Below, piece by piece: positions 25,977-34,463 of a DNA stretch of 64,000 nucleotides. The position numbers and the translations under genes were made by a program. Origin of the DNA: Acidobacteria bacterium RIFCSPLOWO2_02_FULL_65_29 (GTDB lineage: Bacteria; Acidobacteriota; Vicinamibacteria; Vicinamibacterales; CAVVIG01); assembly GCA_001767435.1 (NCBI GenBank), contig MEKT01000101.1:13054-77053 (forward strand), in the 5' to 3' direction. The notes beneath the pieces are model-generated. The model worked only from the letters and a program-made list of their open reading frames with translations, was not told where the DNA came from and ran no database searches. Position 1 is the first letter of the stretch. Every line of letters begins with the position of its first letter.

Positions 25977-26078
25977 CAGGGCAAAGAGCACAGGGCCGAG
26001 GGTTGAGGGAAGGGTCGAGGGACCGCCCTTCGCCCTTTGCCCTTTGCCCTTTGCCCTTTGCCGTCTGCCCTTGCCCCC
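25977..26078 (+). repeat. G-tract arm (six GGG runs) followed by a TTGCCCT heptamer array (about 8 units)
   Basis: GGGTTGAGGGAAGGGTCGAGGG (26000-26021) is directly followed by CCGCCCT TCGCCCT TTGCCCT x3 and further units. The two halves are partly complementary. Confidence 0.7.
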
Positions 26079-26162
26079 ACCCCCACATTGGCGCGATAAT
26101 CTTTCGCCGCACTTTTCGTGGAGCCTTTCCTCGTCACTGATCGGATCGGATGGGAGTGAGAT

Positions 26163-28355
26163 ATGAAGCGTAAAGGGTTCGCCAGTCTCGCGTTGCTCGT
26201 CGCACTTGGGGCGGCGGCCGTAGTCGTTTCGCCGCGGCTTTCGGGCCAGGCGACCGGTCAGCCGAGCACCAGGAACGGCGAGTGGCCGATGTACACGGCC
26301 GACTTGCGAGGCAGCAAATATTCGCCGCTCGATCAGATCAACGCGACGAATTTCAGCAAGCTGGAAGTCGCGTGGCGGTTCAAGACCGACAGCCTCGGCC
26401 CGCGCCCCGAGACCAAACTCGAAGGAACGCCGCTGATGGCCAAGGGCATCATCTATACGACGGCCGGCACGCGCCGGGCGGTGGTGGCGCTCGACGGGAA
26501 GACCGGCGAGATGAAGTGGATGCACAGCCAGGACGAAGGCGAGCGCGCCACGCGCTGGGCGCCGCGCCAGTTGTCGGGCCGCGGACTCTCCTACTGGACG
26601 GACGGCCGGGGCGACGAGCGGATCTTCTACGTGACGACCGGCTACCGGCTCGTGTCTCTCAACGCGAGGACGGGACAGCCGATCGCCTCGTTCGGCACGC
26701 GCGGCGTCGTCGACCTCAAGGTCGGCGTGGTGATCGGGAAAGACTCGCAAATCGATCTCGAGCGAGGCGAAATCGGCCTGCACTCGACACCGACCGTGGT
26801 CAACGACACGATCATCGTCGGGTCCTCGATGTTCGAGGGGCTCGGCTACCGCTACAGCACGAACTCCAAGGGCCTGGTTCGCGCGTTCGACGTGAAGACC
26901 GGCAAGCAGCTCTGGCGCTTCAACACGATTCCGATGCCTGGCGAGGTCGGCAACGAGACCTGGGAGAATGGCTCCTGGGAGTGGAGCGGCAACGTCGGCG
27001 TGTGGACGCAAATCACCGTCGATCCCGAGGCGAATCTGGTGTACCTGCCGGTGGAAACCCCGACCATCGACGAGTACGGCGGCAACCGGCCCGGCAACAA
27101 CCTCTTCGCCGAGAGCCTCGTCGCGGTCGATCTGAGAAATGGACAGCGCAAGTGGCACTTCCAGTTCGTGCACCATCCGCTCTGGGACCACGACCTGTCG
27201 TCGGCGGCGCTGCTCATCGACGCCACGATCGACGGCAAGCCGCGCAAGCTCGTGTCGGTCCCAACCAAGCAGGGCTGGCTCTATACGTTCGACCGGATCA
27301 CCGGCCAGCCGATCTGGCCGATGCCGGAAACACCGGTCCCGCAGTCGGATATCCCGAACGAGAAGACGGCGGCGACGCAGCCGATTCCCTCCAAGCCGCC
27401 GCCGTACTCCCGCACGTTTGTCGGCCTCGACGATCTGATCGACTTCACGCCGGCGCTCCGCGCGCAGGCGCTCGAGAACCTCAAGAAGTATCGCTGGGAG
27501 CAGGTGCCCTTTGTGCCTCCCGTGGCGCCGGGATCGAAGTACCTGGGAGCGGTCAACATCGCCAATACGGGCGGCGGCATCAACTGGCCGGGCGCATCGT
27601 TCGATCCGGAAACGGCCACCTTCTACGGTCAGGCCAGCAACTCGTCGGTCACCACGGCCAGCTTCAGCCAGGAGGAGTTCGACCAAATCCGTGTCGAGAA
27701 CCAGACCAGGCGGCTGCCTCGCTGGGAGGCCGAACCGAACTACGGACTCGGGCGCGGCCGCGGCGCGGGCGGCGGTGGCGGTCGTGGGGCGGAGCCCGGG
27801 GGTCGGGGCGTGCCAGGGGCGCCAGGGGCGCCCGGCGCCGCACCGGCGGCCGGCGGGTTTGGCGGAGGCGGCGGCAGAGGCGGCTTGACTGTGGGCCTCG
27901 ACGGCCTGTCGATCGTGAAGCCGCCCTACGGCGTGCTCTCGGCGATCGATCTCAACACGGGCACGCTGAAATTCCAGGTGCCGCACGGCGACACACCGGA
28001 TGCGGTCCGCAACCACCCGCTGCTTCGCAGCATGAACATCCCGAAGACGGGGCAGGGCGGCAGCGTGGGCCTCATGGTCACCAAGACGCTCGTCGTCGTG
28101 GGCGATCCACAGGTCACCGCGCCGCCCGGACGCGCGCGCGGCGCGATGCTGCGGGCCTACAACAAGCAGACCGGCGAGCAGGTCGGCGAAGTGTTGATGC
28201 CCGCGCAGCAAAGCGGTTCGCCGATGACGTATTCGATCGACGGGCGGCAGTACATCATCGTCGCGGTCAGCGGCGGCAACTACACGGGCGAGTACCTGGC
28301 GTTCGCGCTGCCGCAGAGCGAGATTCGTCCGACGACGGGGCAGGGACAGCAGTAG
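26163..28355 (+). CDS. soluble PQQ-dependent dehydrogenase, paralog 3
   Basis: MKRKGFASLALLVALGAAAVVVSPRLSGQ, KYSPLDQINATNFSKLEVAWRFKT, FVHHPLWDHD. Confidence 0.9.
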   Translation: MKRKGFASLALLVALGAAAVVVSPRLSGQATGQPSTRNGEWPMYTADLRGSKYSPLDQINATNFSKLEVAWRFKTDSLGPRPETKLEGTPLMAKGIIYTTAGTRRAVVALDGKTGEMKWMHSQDEGERATRWAPRQLSGRGLSYWTDGRGDERIFYVTTGYRLVSLNARTGQPIASFGTRGVVDLKVGVVIGKDSQIDLERGEIGLHSTPTVVNDTIIVGSSMFEGLGYRYSTNSKGLVRAFDVKTGKQLWRFNTIPMPGEVGNETWENGSWEWSGNVGVWTQITVDPEANLVYLPVETPTIDEYGGNRPGNNLFAESLVAVDLRNGQRKWHFQFVHHPLWDHDLSSAALLIDATIDGKPRKLVSVPTKQGWLYTFDRITGQPIWPMPETPVPQSDIPNEKTAATQPIPSKPPPYSRTFVGLDDLIDFTPALRAQALENLKKYRWEQVPFVPPVAPGSKYLGAVNIANTGGGINWPGASFDPETATFYGQASNSSVTTASFSQEEFDQIRVENQTRRLPRWEAEPNYGLGRGRGAGGGGGRGAEPGGRGVPGAPGAPGAAPAAGGFGGGGGRGGLTVGLDGLSIVKPPYGVLSAIDLNTGTLKFQVPHGDTPDAVRNHPLLRSMNIPKTGQGGSVGLMVTKTLVVVGDPQVTAPPGRARGAMLRAYNKQTGEQVGEVLMPAQQSGSPMTYSIDGRQYIIVAVSGGNYTGEYLAFALPQSEIRPTTGQGQQ

Positions 28356-28387
28356 TCGTTAGTCGTTAGTCGTTAGTCGTTAGTCGA
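28353..28387 (+). repeat. heptamer array, TAGTCGT x5
   Basis: The first three nucleotides form the TAG stop of dehydrogenase 3. Confidence 0.9.
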
Positions 28388-28389
28388 GA

Positions 28390-28420
28390 GGGCCCGCACC
28401 GCCGCGGGCCCTTTCTTTGT
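28390..28420 (+). terminator. Rho-independent terminator
   Basis: GGGCCCGC-ACCGCC-GCGGGCCC followed by TTTCTTTGT. Confidence 0.75.
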
Positions 28421-28499
28421 CCGCGGCGATCCTTGTTAAGATATAGAAGCGCTGTAGAAGCGCCGGTCCAATTTTTTGCCCTGACGTGGGCGAGGTCAC

Positions 28500-28934
28500 A
28501 TGAAGATCAAACTGGCAATCGCGATGCTCCTCGGGTTGGCGGCGGCTACGTATCAATCTGTGGCGGCCCAGGAAAAGTCGCAGTGGGACGGCGTGTACTC
28601 AGAGGACCAGGCCAAACGCGGCGAGCCGCTCTACCAGGAGCACTGCTCGAGCTGCCACGGCGCCGACATGGCCGGCGGCGAGATGGCGCCGGGCTTGACG
28701 GGCGGCGAGTTCGCCGCGAACTGGAACGAGCTCACGCTCGGCCAGCTCTTCGACCGGATGCGCACGTCGATGCCGCAGAACAACCCGGGCAGCCTGAGCC
28801 GGCAGCAGAACGCCGACGTCCTGGCATTCATGCTGTACAAGGGCACCGCGCCGGCCGGGGCAACCGAGCTGGCGACGCAGTCCGAAGTGTTGGGCACGAT
28901 CAAGTTCGTCGGAATGAAACCCGAGGGGAAATGA
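28500..28934 (+). CDS. c-type cytochrome (mono-haem), likely electron acceptor for the PQQ dehydrogenases
   Basis: Signal peptide MKIKLAIAMLLGLAAATYQSVAAQ, the haem motif CSSCHG, and a distal Met region (MPQNNPG). Confidence 0.9.
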   Translation: MKIKLAIAMLLGLAAATYQSVAAQEKSQWDGVYSEDQAKRGEPLYQEHCSSCHGADMAGGEMAPGLTGGEFAANWNELTLGQLFDRMRTSMPQNNPGSLSRQQNADVLAFMLYKGTAPAGATELATQSEVLGTIKFVGMKPEGK

Positions 28935-28936
28935 CC

Positions 28937-29000
28937 GAGGATTTGAGGATTTGGGGATTTGAGGATTTGAGGATTTGAGGATTTGAGGATTTGAGAATCT
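28937..29000. repeat. octamer array, GAGGATTT x8
   Basis: Fills the whole gap between the cytochrome c stop (28934) and the stop of the convergent gene (28999-29001). Confidence 0.9.
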
Positions 29001-30237
29001 ACGCGGCGCGCAGCTTGTGCGCGAGACGGTGCAGGAACAGCCCCACATCGGTCACGATGCCGATCGTTTGCGACGACCCGCGGTCGGCCAGCTTGGTGAC
29101 GACCGCGGGGTTGATGTCCACGCACACCATCTTCACCCACGACGGGAGCATGTTCCCAACCCCGATGCCGTGCAGCATGGTCGACAGCGACAGCACCAGC
29201 TTGACGTCGTCGAGGACAGCGGCATAGCGGTCCTGCGCGGCGCGCAGATCCATGATCGTGTCGGGCAACGGTCCATCGTCGCGGATTGAGCCCGCGAGCA
29301 CGTACTCAACCTCGTGGCGGATGCACTCGTACATCACGCCCGACTGCAGCACGCCTTGCTGTACCGCCTGCCGGAGACCACCCACGCGACAGATGGTGTT
29401 GATCGCGCGCATGTGGTGACGATGGCCGCCCTCGATGGCCATCCCCGTATCGAGATCCACGCCCAGGGAGGTCCCAAACAGCGCCTGTTCCACGTCGTGC
29501 ACGGCCAGGGCGTTGCCGGCGAGGAGGACGTCGACGTAGCCTTCGCGAATCAACTCCTGAAAGTACGGCGAGCCGCCCGTGTGGACGACCACCGGTCCGG
29601 CCACGACTGCGATGCGCCCGCCCTCGGCCTTGACGTCGCGCATCATCGCCGCAATGCGCGACACGCCAACCTCGACCCGCCGTTCGGACGAGATCTCGTT
29701 CGTCATGAAGGCGAACCCAAGCCGATCGCGGTCGCGGAACTCCGGCATCACGCGGATGCCGGCCACGCCGCACACCACCGCGTCGCCCGTACGGACGTCG
29801 CGCAGCTTGCGGCACAGTGCCTTCCCCCTGGCGACGACGACGACCGCGTCCATGCGCTGGTGCTGCACGTCGATCCACTTGCCCTTGAGCCGCACCAGCG
29901 TGCGGTGATTGGTGGTCGAGTAGAAATCGTCGGGCACGCAGCCGTCGCGCTCCGCGTCCCTGAGCAAGGCATCGTGCTGATCAGCCAGGCGGCAGCCGAG
30001 CGCGACGAGCTCTTCGAGTACTTCGCCGAGCGCTTGTTCGGTAGGAGCCGAAATCCGCATCGAAATCGCCGACGGCTCGTCGTTGCTTCGCCCGATCTTG
30101 AACTCGAGGACTTCGAACGACGCGTGGCGCCGGACAACGGTGTCGAACACGACGTTGAGGATTTGCGAGTCGATCAGGTGGCCCTCGGCCTCGACGACCT
30201 CGGAAAACGCCTGCGATGTCGAACGGGGAGACGCCAT
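28999..30237 (-). CDS. LOR/SDH-domain, TIGR00300-like protein (ornithine cyclodeaminase-type family)
   Basis: N-terminal GHLIDSQILNVVFDTVV...FEVLEFKIG, and central VVAGPVVVHTGG, LLAGNALAVHD, GGHRHHMRAIN. The family was recognised from memory and not searched. Confidence 0.65.
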   Translation of the reverse strand: MASPRSTSQAFSEVVEAEGHLIDSQILNVVFDTVVRRHASFEVLEFKIGRSNDEPSAISMRISAPTEQALGEVLEELVALGCRLADQHDALLRDAERDGCVPDDFYSTTNHRTLVRLKGKWIDVQHQRMDAVVVVARGKALCRKLRDVRTGDAVVCGVAGIRVMPEFRDRDRLGFAFMTNEISSERRVEVGVSRIAAMMRDVKAEGGRIAVVAGPVVVHTGGSPYFQELIREGYVDVLLAGNALAVHDVEQALFGTSLGVDLDTGMAIEGGHRHHMRAINTICRVGGLRQAVQQGVLQSGVMYECIRHEVEYVLAGSIRDDGPLPDTIMDLRAAQDRYAAVLDDVKLVLSLSTMLHGIGVGNMLPSWVKMVCVDINPAVVTKLADRGSSQTIGIVTDVGLFLHRLAHKLRAA

Positions 30238-30238
30238 C

Positions 30239-31501
30239 TCAGGCGAAAATCGGCAATGACAGCGGGGCCTGCACGTGGAAGTCGCTCTGGGCGACCTCGG
30301 CCAGCGCGCGATCGAGGACCGATTCGGAGCACTCTTCGAGCGTCGTCACGAACGGCAGCCGATCCTTCCGGAACTTCGGCAGCTGGAGCACGCCCTCGAT
30401 GTTGATCCCGTAGCGCGCATAGGCGGCGGTCACCTGCGCCAGGATGCCCGGCTTGTCGTTGACCGTGAAGCGGACGTAATGCGGCGCGACGAAGTCGCCG
30501 CTCACGATGTGAAATGGCGTCGGCTCGCTCGGGGGCGCCGCCTCGCCCGCCGCACGCCGAACCGACAGCACGTCGGACACGACGGCCACGGCCGTGGGCG
30601 ACCCCCCGGCGCCGTGCCCCGAGAAGGATGTCTCGCCGCCGAAGACCCCGCGCACCGTCACGAGGTTCTGGCTGCCCGCGTTCTGTCCGAAACCCGACGA
30701 GAGCGGCACGAGCGCTGGACGCACCGCCGCAAACACCGCGCCGCTGTCTTCGACTGATGCGCGCGCGATCTGCCGGATCGTACACCCCAGCTGACGCGCG
30801 TACTCGAAATCGACGGGCTCGATCGGACGAATAGACCGCGTCGCGATGTCGGTCACCCGCACCGGGCGGCGCAGGCCGACGGCGGCGATGATCGCCAGCT
30901 TGGCGGCGGCGTCCGCGCCGTCGAGGTCTTCGGTCGGATCGGCTTCGGCATAGCCCGCTTTCTGCGCCTCGGCCAGCGCGTCGCCGAACGAGACCGCGTC
31001 CGCCTGCATACGGCTCAAGATGTAGTTGCACGTGCCGTTCAGAATGCCGCGCACCTCGACCAGCCGGTCCCCGGCCAGGCCCTCCTGCAGGGCGCGCAGC
31101 ACCGGAATGCCGCCGGCCACCGACGCCTCGAACCGCACCTCGCGTCCCTGCGCGCGCGCCAGGTCGAGGAGCTCCGTGCCGTAGTGCGCCATCAGCTGCT
31201 TGTTGGCGGTCACCACCGACTTGCCCGCGAGCAGGGCGCTCCGCACCCATTCGTACGCCGGATGAAGTCCGCCGACGAGCTCGACGACGATGTCGGCGTC
31301 CGACGCAAGAATGTCTTCCACCACGTCGGTCCAGCGGACCGACGCGGGCACCCAGTCGACGCGCTTGGCGTCGACGTTGCGGTTGAAGATGTGCGTCAGC
31401 TGTACCTGTGGCACTTCGCCGCTGCACAGAATGCGCGCGACCGCCTGGCCGACAGTGCCGAACCCAAGCAGTGCCACGCGGGAGCCGGATGGCTTGGCCA
31501 T
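30239..31501 (-). CDS. hom: homoserine dehydrogenase
   Basis: RVALLGFGTVGQAVARIL, VVTANKQLMA, FEASVAGGIPV, ILNGTCNYILSRM, and a C-terminal ACT-like region. Confidence 0.9.
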   Translation of the reverse strand: MAKPSGSRVALLGFGTVGQAVARILCSGEVPQVQLTHIFNRNVDAKRVDWVPASVRWTDVVEDILASDADIVVELVGGLHPAYEWVRSALLAGKSVVTANKQLMAHYGTELLDLARAQGREVRFEASVAGGIPVLRALQEGLAGDRLVEVRGILNGTCNYILSRMQADAVSFGDALAEAQKAGYAEADPTEDLDGADAAAKLAIIAAVGLRRPVRVTDIATRSIRPIEPVDFEYARQLGCTIRQIARASVEDSGAVFAAVRPALVPLSSGFGQNAGSQNLVTVRGVFGGETSFSGHGAGGSPTAVAVVSDVLSVRRAAGEAAPPSEPTPFHIVSGDFVAPHYVRFTVNDKPGILAQVTAAYARYGINIEGVLQLPKFRKDRLPFVTTLEECSESVLDRALAEVAQSDFHVQAPLSLPIFA

Positions 31502-31503
31502 AA

Positions 31504-31582
31504 GAGTCGTTAGTCGCTAGTCGTTAGTCGCTAGTCGCTGGTCGCTGGTCGCGAGACGCTCGTCGTTGGTCGTTAGTCGTTC
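31504..31582. repeat. heptamer array (TAGTCGT / TAGTCGC / TGGTCGC, about 11 units)
   Basis: Starts 2 nt from the hom start codon. Same unit as the arrays at 25937 and 28353. Confidence 0.85.
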
Positions 31583-31656
31583 CCGCGGCAGCGGGCGGTC
31601 GCACTCGTCGACGCGGCAGCGACTATATCAGACGCCGCAGCCTTAGGACCCGTCCT

Positions 31657-31722
31657 CTGCCCTTTGCCCTTCTGCCCTTTGCCCCTTGCCCCTCTGCCCT
31701 TTGCCCCTCTGCCCTTTGCGCT
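31657..31722. repeat. heptamer/octamer array (TTGCCCT / TCTGCCCT)
   Basis: Same unit family as 26023-26078. Generates the spurious PLPLAPLPFAPLPFA N-terminal extension on the truA track ORF. Confidence 0.85.
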
Positions 31723-31735
31723 CGTAATATGTGCC

Positions 31736-32632
31736 GTGCCTCGCTTCAAGCTGACGATCGAGTACGCCGGCACGCGCTACAGCGGCTGGCAGATTCAGAA
31801 AAATGCGCGCACGGTCCAGGGCGAGATCGATCGCGCGGTCCGCGCGGTGACAGGACGCGGCGACTTCGAGCTGTACGGATCGGGTCGCACCGATGCGGGC
31901 GTGCACGCGCTGGCCCAGGTGGCGCACCTCGACGTCAGCACGAGTCTCACCGCCGAGGCGCTCGTCCCACGTCTCAACGACGAATTGCCGTCCGACATCA
32001 ATGTGCTTCGGGCAGCGGTGGTGCCCCACAGATTTCACGCCAGGCACGACGCGGTGGCACGGCGATACGTCTATCAGATCGCCAGACGCCGGACGGCCTT
32101 CGCCAAGCCGTTTGTCTGGTGGGTGCGCGAACCGCTCGATCTGACCCGGATGCGCGAGGCCGCCGCGGCGTTTGTCGGCATGAAGGATTTTCAGTCGTTT
32201 GCGGCGATGGACGACGACGAACGGGCAGGCGGGGCACCAAGCGTGGCGCGCAGGGCTGGCGGGACCGAAGGAGCGCGTACACCGGACCGAAAGTCGACGC
32301 TCGTGCTGGTCGAGCGTCTCGACGTGGTCGAGGCCGGCGATCTGGTGCTCGTCGGCATCGAGGGCTCGCACTTCCTGTGGAAGATGGTGCGGCGAGTGGT
32401 GGGGGTCCTCGTGGAAATTGGACGCGGCGGGCTGGCACCGTCGGCGGCGGCGGGCTTTCTCCTCGAGTCGTCTGGCGCACCGGCGCGTCTCACCGCACCG
32501 GCGTCTGGATTGTTTCTCGAGCGCGTGTGGCACCAAGGAGACGCCCGCGACGTGCCGCTCCGCGCTGCGACGCCGCTCTACGACGTCGGATCGAGGCGAA
32601 CGCCGAGCACGAGCCGCACGACCTCGCGGTAG
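31736..32632 (+). CDS. truA: tRNA pseudouridine(38-40) synthase TruA
   Basis: Start set at the in-frame GTG at 31736 (VPRFKLTIEYAGTRYSGWQIQ). GSGRTDAGVHALAQVAH contains the catalytic Asp. RRYVYQI is also present. Confidence 0.85.
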   Translation: MPRFKLTIEYAGTRYSGWQIQKNARTVQGEIDRAVRAVTGRGDFELYGSGRTDAGVHALAQVAHLDVSTSLTAEALVPRLNDELPSDINVLRAAVVPHRFHARHDAVARRYVYQIARRRTAFAKPFVWWVREPLDLTRMREAAAAFVGMKDFQSFAAMDDDERAGGAPSVARRAGGTEGARTPDRKSTLVLVERLDVVEAGDLVLVGIEGSHFLWKMVRRVVGVLVEIGRGGLAPSAAAGFLLESSGAPARLTAPASGLFLERVWHQGDARDVPLRAATPLYDVGSRRTPSTSRTTSR

Positions 32633-33642
32633 CTGCCGCGTCCGGCCTCGACGCGGTTCGCTTTCAGATACCGATCGTACACGTGCCAGCCGGCGTCGGC
32701 CACGATCGGACGGATGTTGCGGCGCGCGCGCTCGAACGCCGCGCGCAGGTCCGCGCGCGGACCCGCATCGAGGCGGGCGCTCACTTCCTGTCGATCAGCG
32801 TCCCTCAACCCAGCGACGACCTCCTGGTAAAGGAACATCCAGCCGCTGTATTGTGCGGCCACCGATCCTTTCGTACACGTCAGCCAGCCGACGAAGTTGG
32901 CCTCTCCTTCGTCGGCGAATCCGGCCAAGTGGCTCCATTCGTGCGCGATGACGTGAGATCGCTCGAAGGGCACGAGGTCGCTGACGACGAGCGTCTCGAG
33001 GAAGTAGGGATCGGTCATGCCCGCCACGCCGGCGGCCTTGAAGTACGAATCGAGTATCGACTGCTTCGGCCGACCCGGACGCGCCGGTCTTGCCACCCCG
33101 AGCGCGCGCTGCGCATCGGCGAACGCCCGCGCCAGAGAAGGATCGACGGGTTGGGCCATCACATCGCCTGCGTGAGCACTCGGAAAGAGTGCGTTGATCC
33201 TTTCGACGGCGCTGATCGCCAACGCGTGGGCGGCTTGGGGCGACACTCCGGCCGGATCGAAGCGGACCTTTTCGATCAGCGGAAGCCGCCGGTAGTTCAG
33301 ACCCCACGTCGCGAAGAAGGCCAGGGACAAGACCGCCAACGCCAGTGTCACTCGGACCAGCCAGTTGATGCCTGGCACTCGCAAGCCGGTTGTTCTGGCC
33401 ATGACGATCGCTCGGGCGGTCTGCCATGCGAACCACGCCGCGCCGGCGAGGAGGAACACGTCGACCAGCGCAATCGACGTACGGTTCGAGAGGCCCGTCA
33501 CGGCGCGCTGCACCAGCGGGAAGAGCGCGCTCGAATAGTACCGCTCGACCGCCGCGGAGGGCAGCGGCGCGAGTGCGGCGGCGACCGCAAGCGCGATCAC
33601 CGTGATCGAGGCCGCTCGCCAGAGCCTGGCTCCTTTAAACAT
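32578..33642 (-). CDS. DUF3810-like membrane metalloprotease-fold protein
   Basis: N-terminal TM segments, GLNYRRLP, and HEWSHLAGFADEGEANFVG (HExxH-like). Overlaps the truA 3' end by 55 nt in a convergent arrangement. Confidence 0.8.
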   Translation of the reverse strand: MFKGARLWRAASITVIALAVAAALAPLPSAAVERYYSSALFPLVQRAVTGLSNRTSIALVDVFLLAGAAWFAWQTARAIVMARTTGLRVPGINWLVRVTLALAVLSLAFFATWGLNYRRLPLIEKVRFDPAGVSPQAAHALAISAVERINALFPSAHAGDVMAQPVDPSLARAFADAQRALGVARPARPGRPKQSILDSYFKAAGVAGMTDPYFLETLVVSDLVPFERSHVIAHEWSHLAGFADEGEANFVGWLTCTKGSVAAQYSGWMFLYQEVVAGLRDADRQEVSARLDAGPRADLRAAFERARRNIRPIVADAGWHVYDRYLKANRVEAGRGSYREVVRLVLGVRLDPTS

Positions 33643-33735
33643 CGTCTAAAGCTCGTCTAAAGCCATGATCGTGACTTTCACCGACCCAGAGGCTTCGTTT
33701 CCTCGTCGGTTTGAGGCGCGAGCTTCGTTACTCGG
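33639..33735 (+). repeat. ~95-nt junction element, copy v, with an internal 11-nt duplication (TCGTCTAAAGC x2)
   Basis: ACATCGTCTAAAGC[TCGTCTAAAGC]CATGATCGTGAC...AGAGGCTTCGTTTCCTCGTCGGTTTGAGGCGCGAGCTTCG aligns with the reverse complement of 55127-55203. Confidence 0.6.
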
Positions 33736-34408
33736 CCTTCAGCTCGCGGCGGAAGAACGCCAGCGTCTTGGCCCAGGCGTCTGCCGCCGAGGCCGCGTCG
33801 TGCACCTCTGGCCGCGTGTCGTTGAAGAAGGCGTGCTGCGCGTGGGCGTAGGTGTGAAACTCATGGCGCTTGCCGAGCGCGGTCAGCTGGCGATCGAGCT
33901 CGGCCACGATCACCGGGGACACGAACGAATCCTTGCCGGCATAGATGCCAAGCACTGGCGCCTCGAGCGACGCGAGATCGGGCTTCACATTTGGATGGCC
34001 GCCATAAAACACCGCGCACGCGCCCACAGACCGGTTGGCGCATGCCGCGTACAACGATAGAGCGCCGCCCATGCAGAAGCCGATCGTTCCCACTTTCCCG
34101 CCGATCACGGTGGGGAGCGATCGGAGATGCGCGACCGCGCCAGCCAGGTCGCGAGCCGCCTCGTCTATCCGCAAGCTCATCATCAACTTGCCCGCTTCAT
34201 CGGGGGACGTTGCGCTCTTTCCGCGATAGAGATCCGGCGCCAGCGCCACGAAACCCGCATCGGCGAACCGGTCGCTCAGCCGTTCGATATGGGGCACGAG
34301 GCCCCACCACTCCTGTATGACGATCAGGCCGGGTCCCGGCGTGGCCGGCCTCGCCAGGTAGCCAGAAACCAAGTCGCCGTTGCTCTTGAATTCGACTCGT
34401 TCACCCAT
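33728..34408 (-). CDS. dienelactone hydrolase family protein
   Basis: GLIVIQEWWGL, APDLYRG, GTIGFCMGG (nucleophile elbow), YAHAQHAF. Confidence 0.9.
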   Translation of the reverse strand: MGERVEFKSNGDLVSGYLARPATPGPGLIVIQEWWGLVPHIERLSDRFADAGFVALAPDLYRGKSATSPDEAGKLMMSLRIDEAARDLAGAVAHLRSLPTVIGGKVGTIGFCMGGALSLYAACANRSVGACAVFYGGHPNVKPDLASLEAPVLGIYAGKDSFVSPVIVAELDRQLTALGKRHEFHTYAHAQHAFFNDTRPEVHDAASAADAWAKTLAFFRRELKAE

Positions 34409-34463
34409 ATCGCCTCCGTGTAGTGGTCAAGTTCTTGGCCGCCATATTTGCCTTCGGTCGAAT

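Noticed and set aside
25950-28211. 753-aa minus-strand ORF (also 21505-22530, 22552-23772 and 24201-25829) opposite the PQQ dehydrogenases
   Set aside because: These are antisense shadows of well-supported genes, with extreme Arg/Ala/Gly/Asp composition and no start-site context.
21478-28355. PQQ dehydrogenases as MxaF/XoxF/ExaA-type alcohol dehydrogenases (possible lanthanide enzymes)
   Set aside because: The motifs resemble the glucose/quinate dehydrogenase periplasmic domain. The Cys-Cys in paralog 2 is not at the position of the ADH vicinal disulfide and is not shared by the paralogs.
31664-31735. truA start at 31664 as given by the ORF track
   Set aside because: The first 24 codons are just the TTGCCCT heptamer array translated (PFCPLPLAPLPFAPLPFA). 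The family-typical N-terminus begins at the GTG at 31736.
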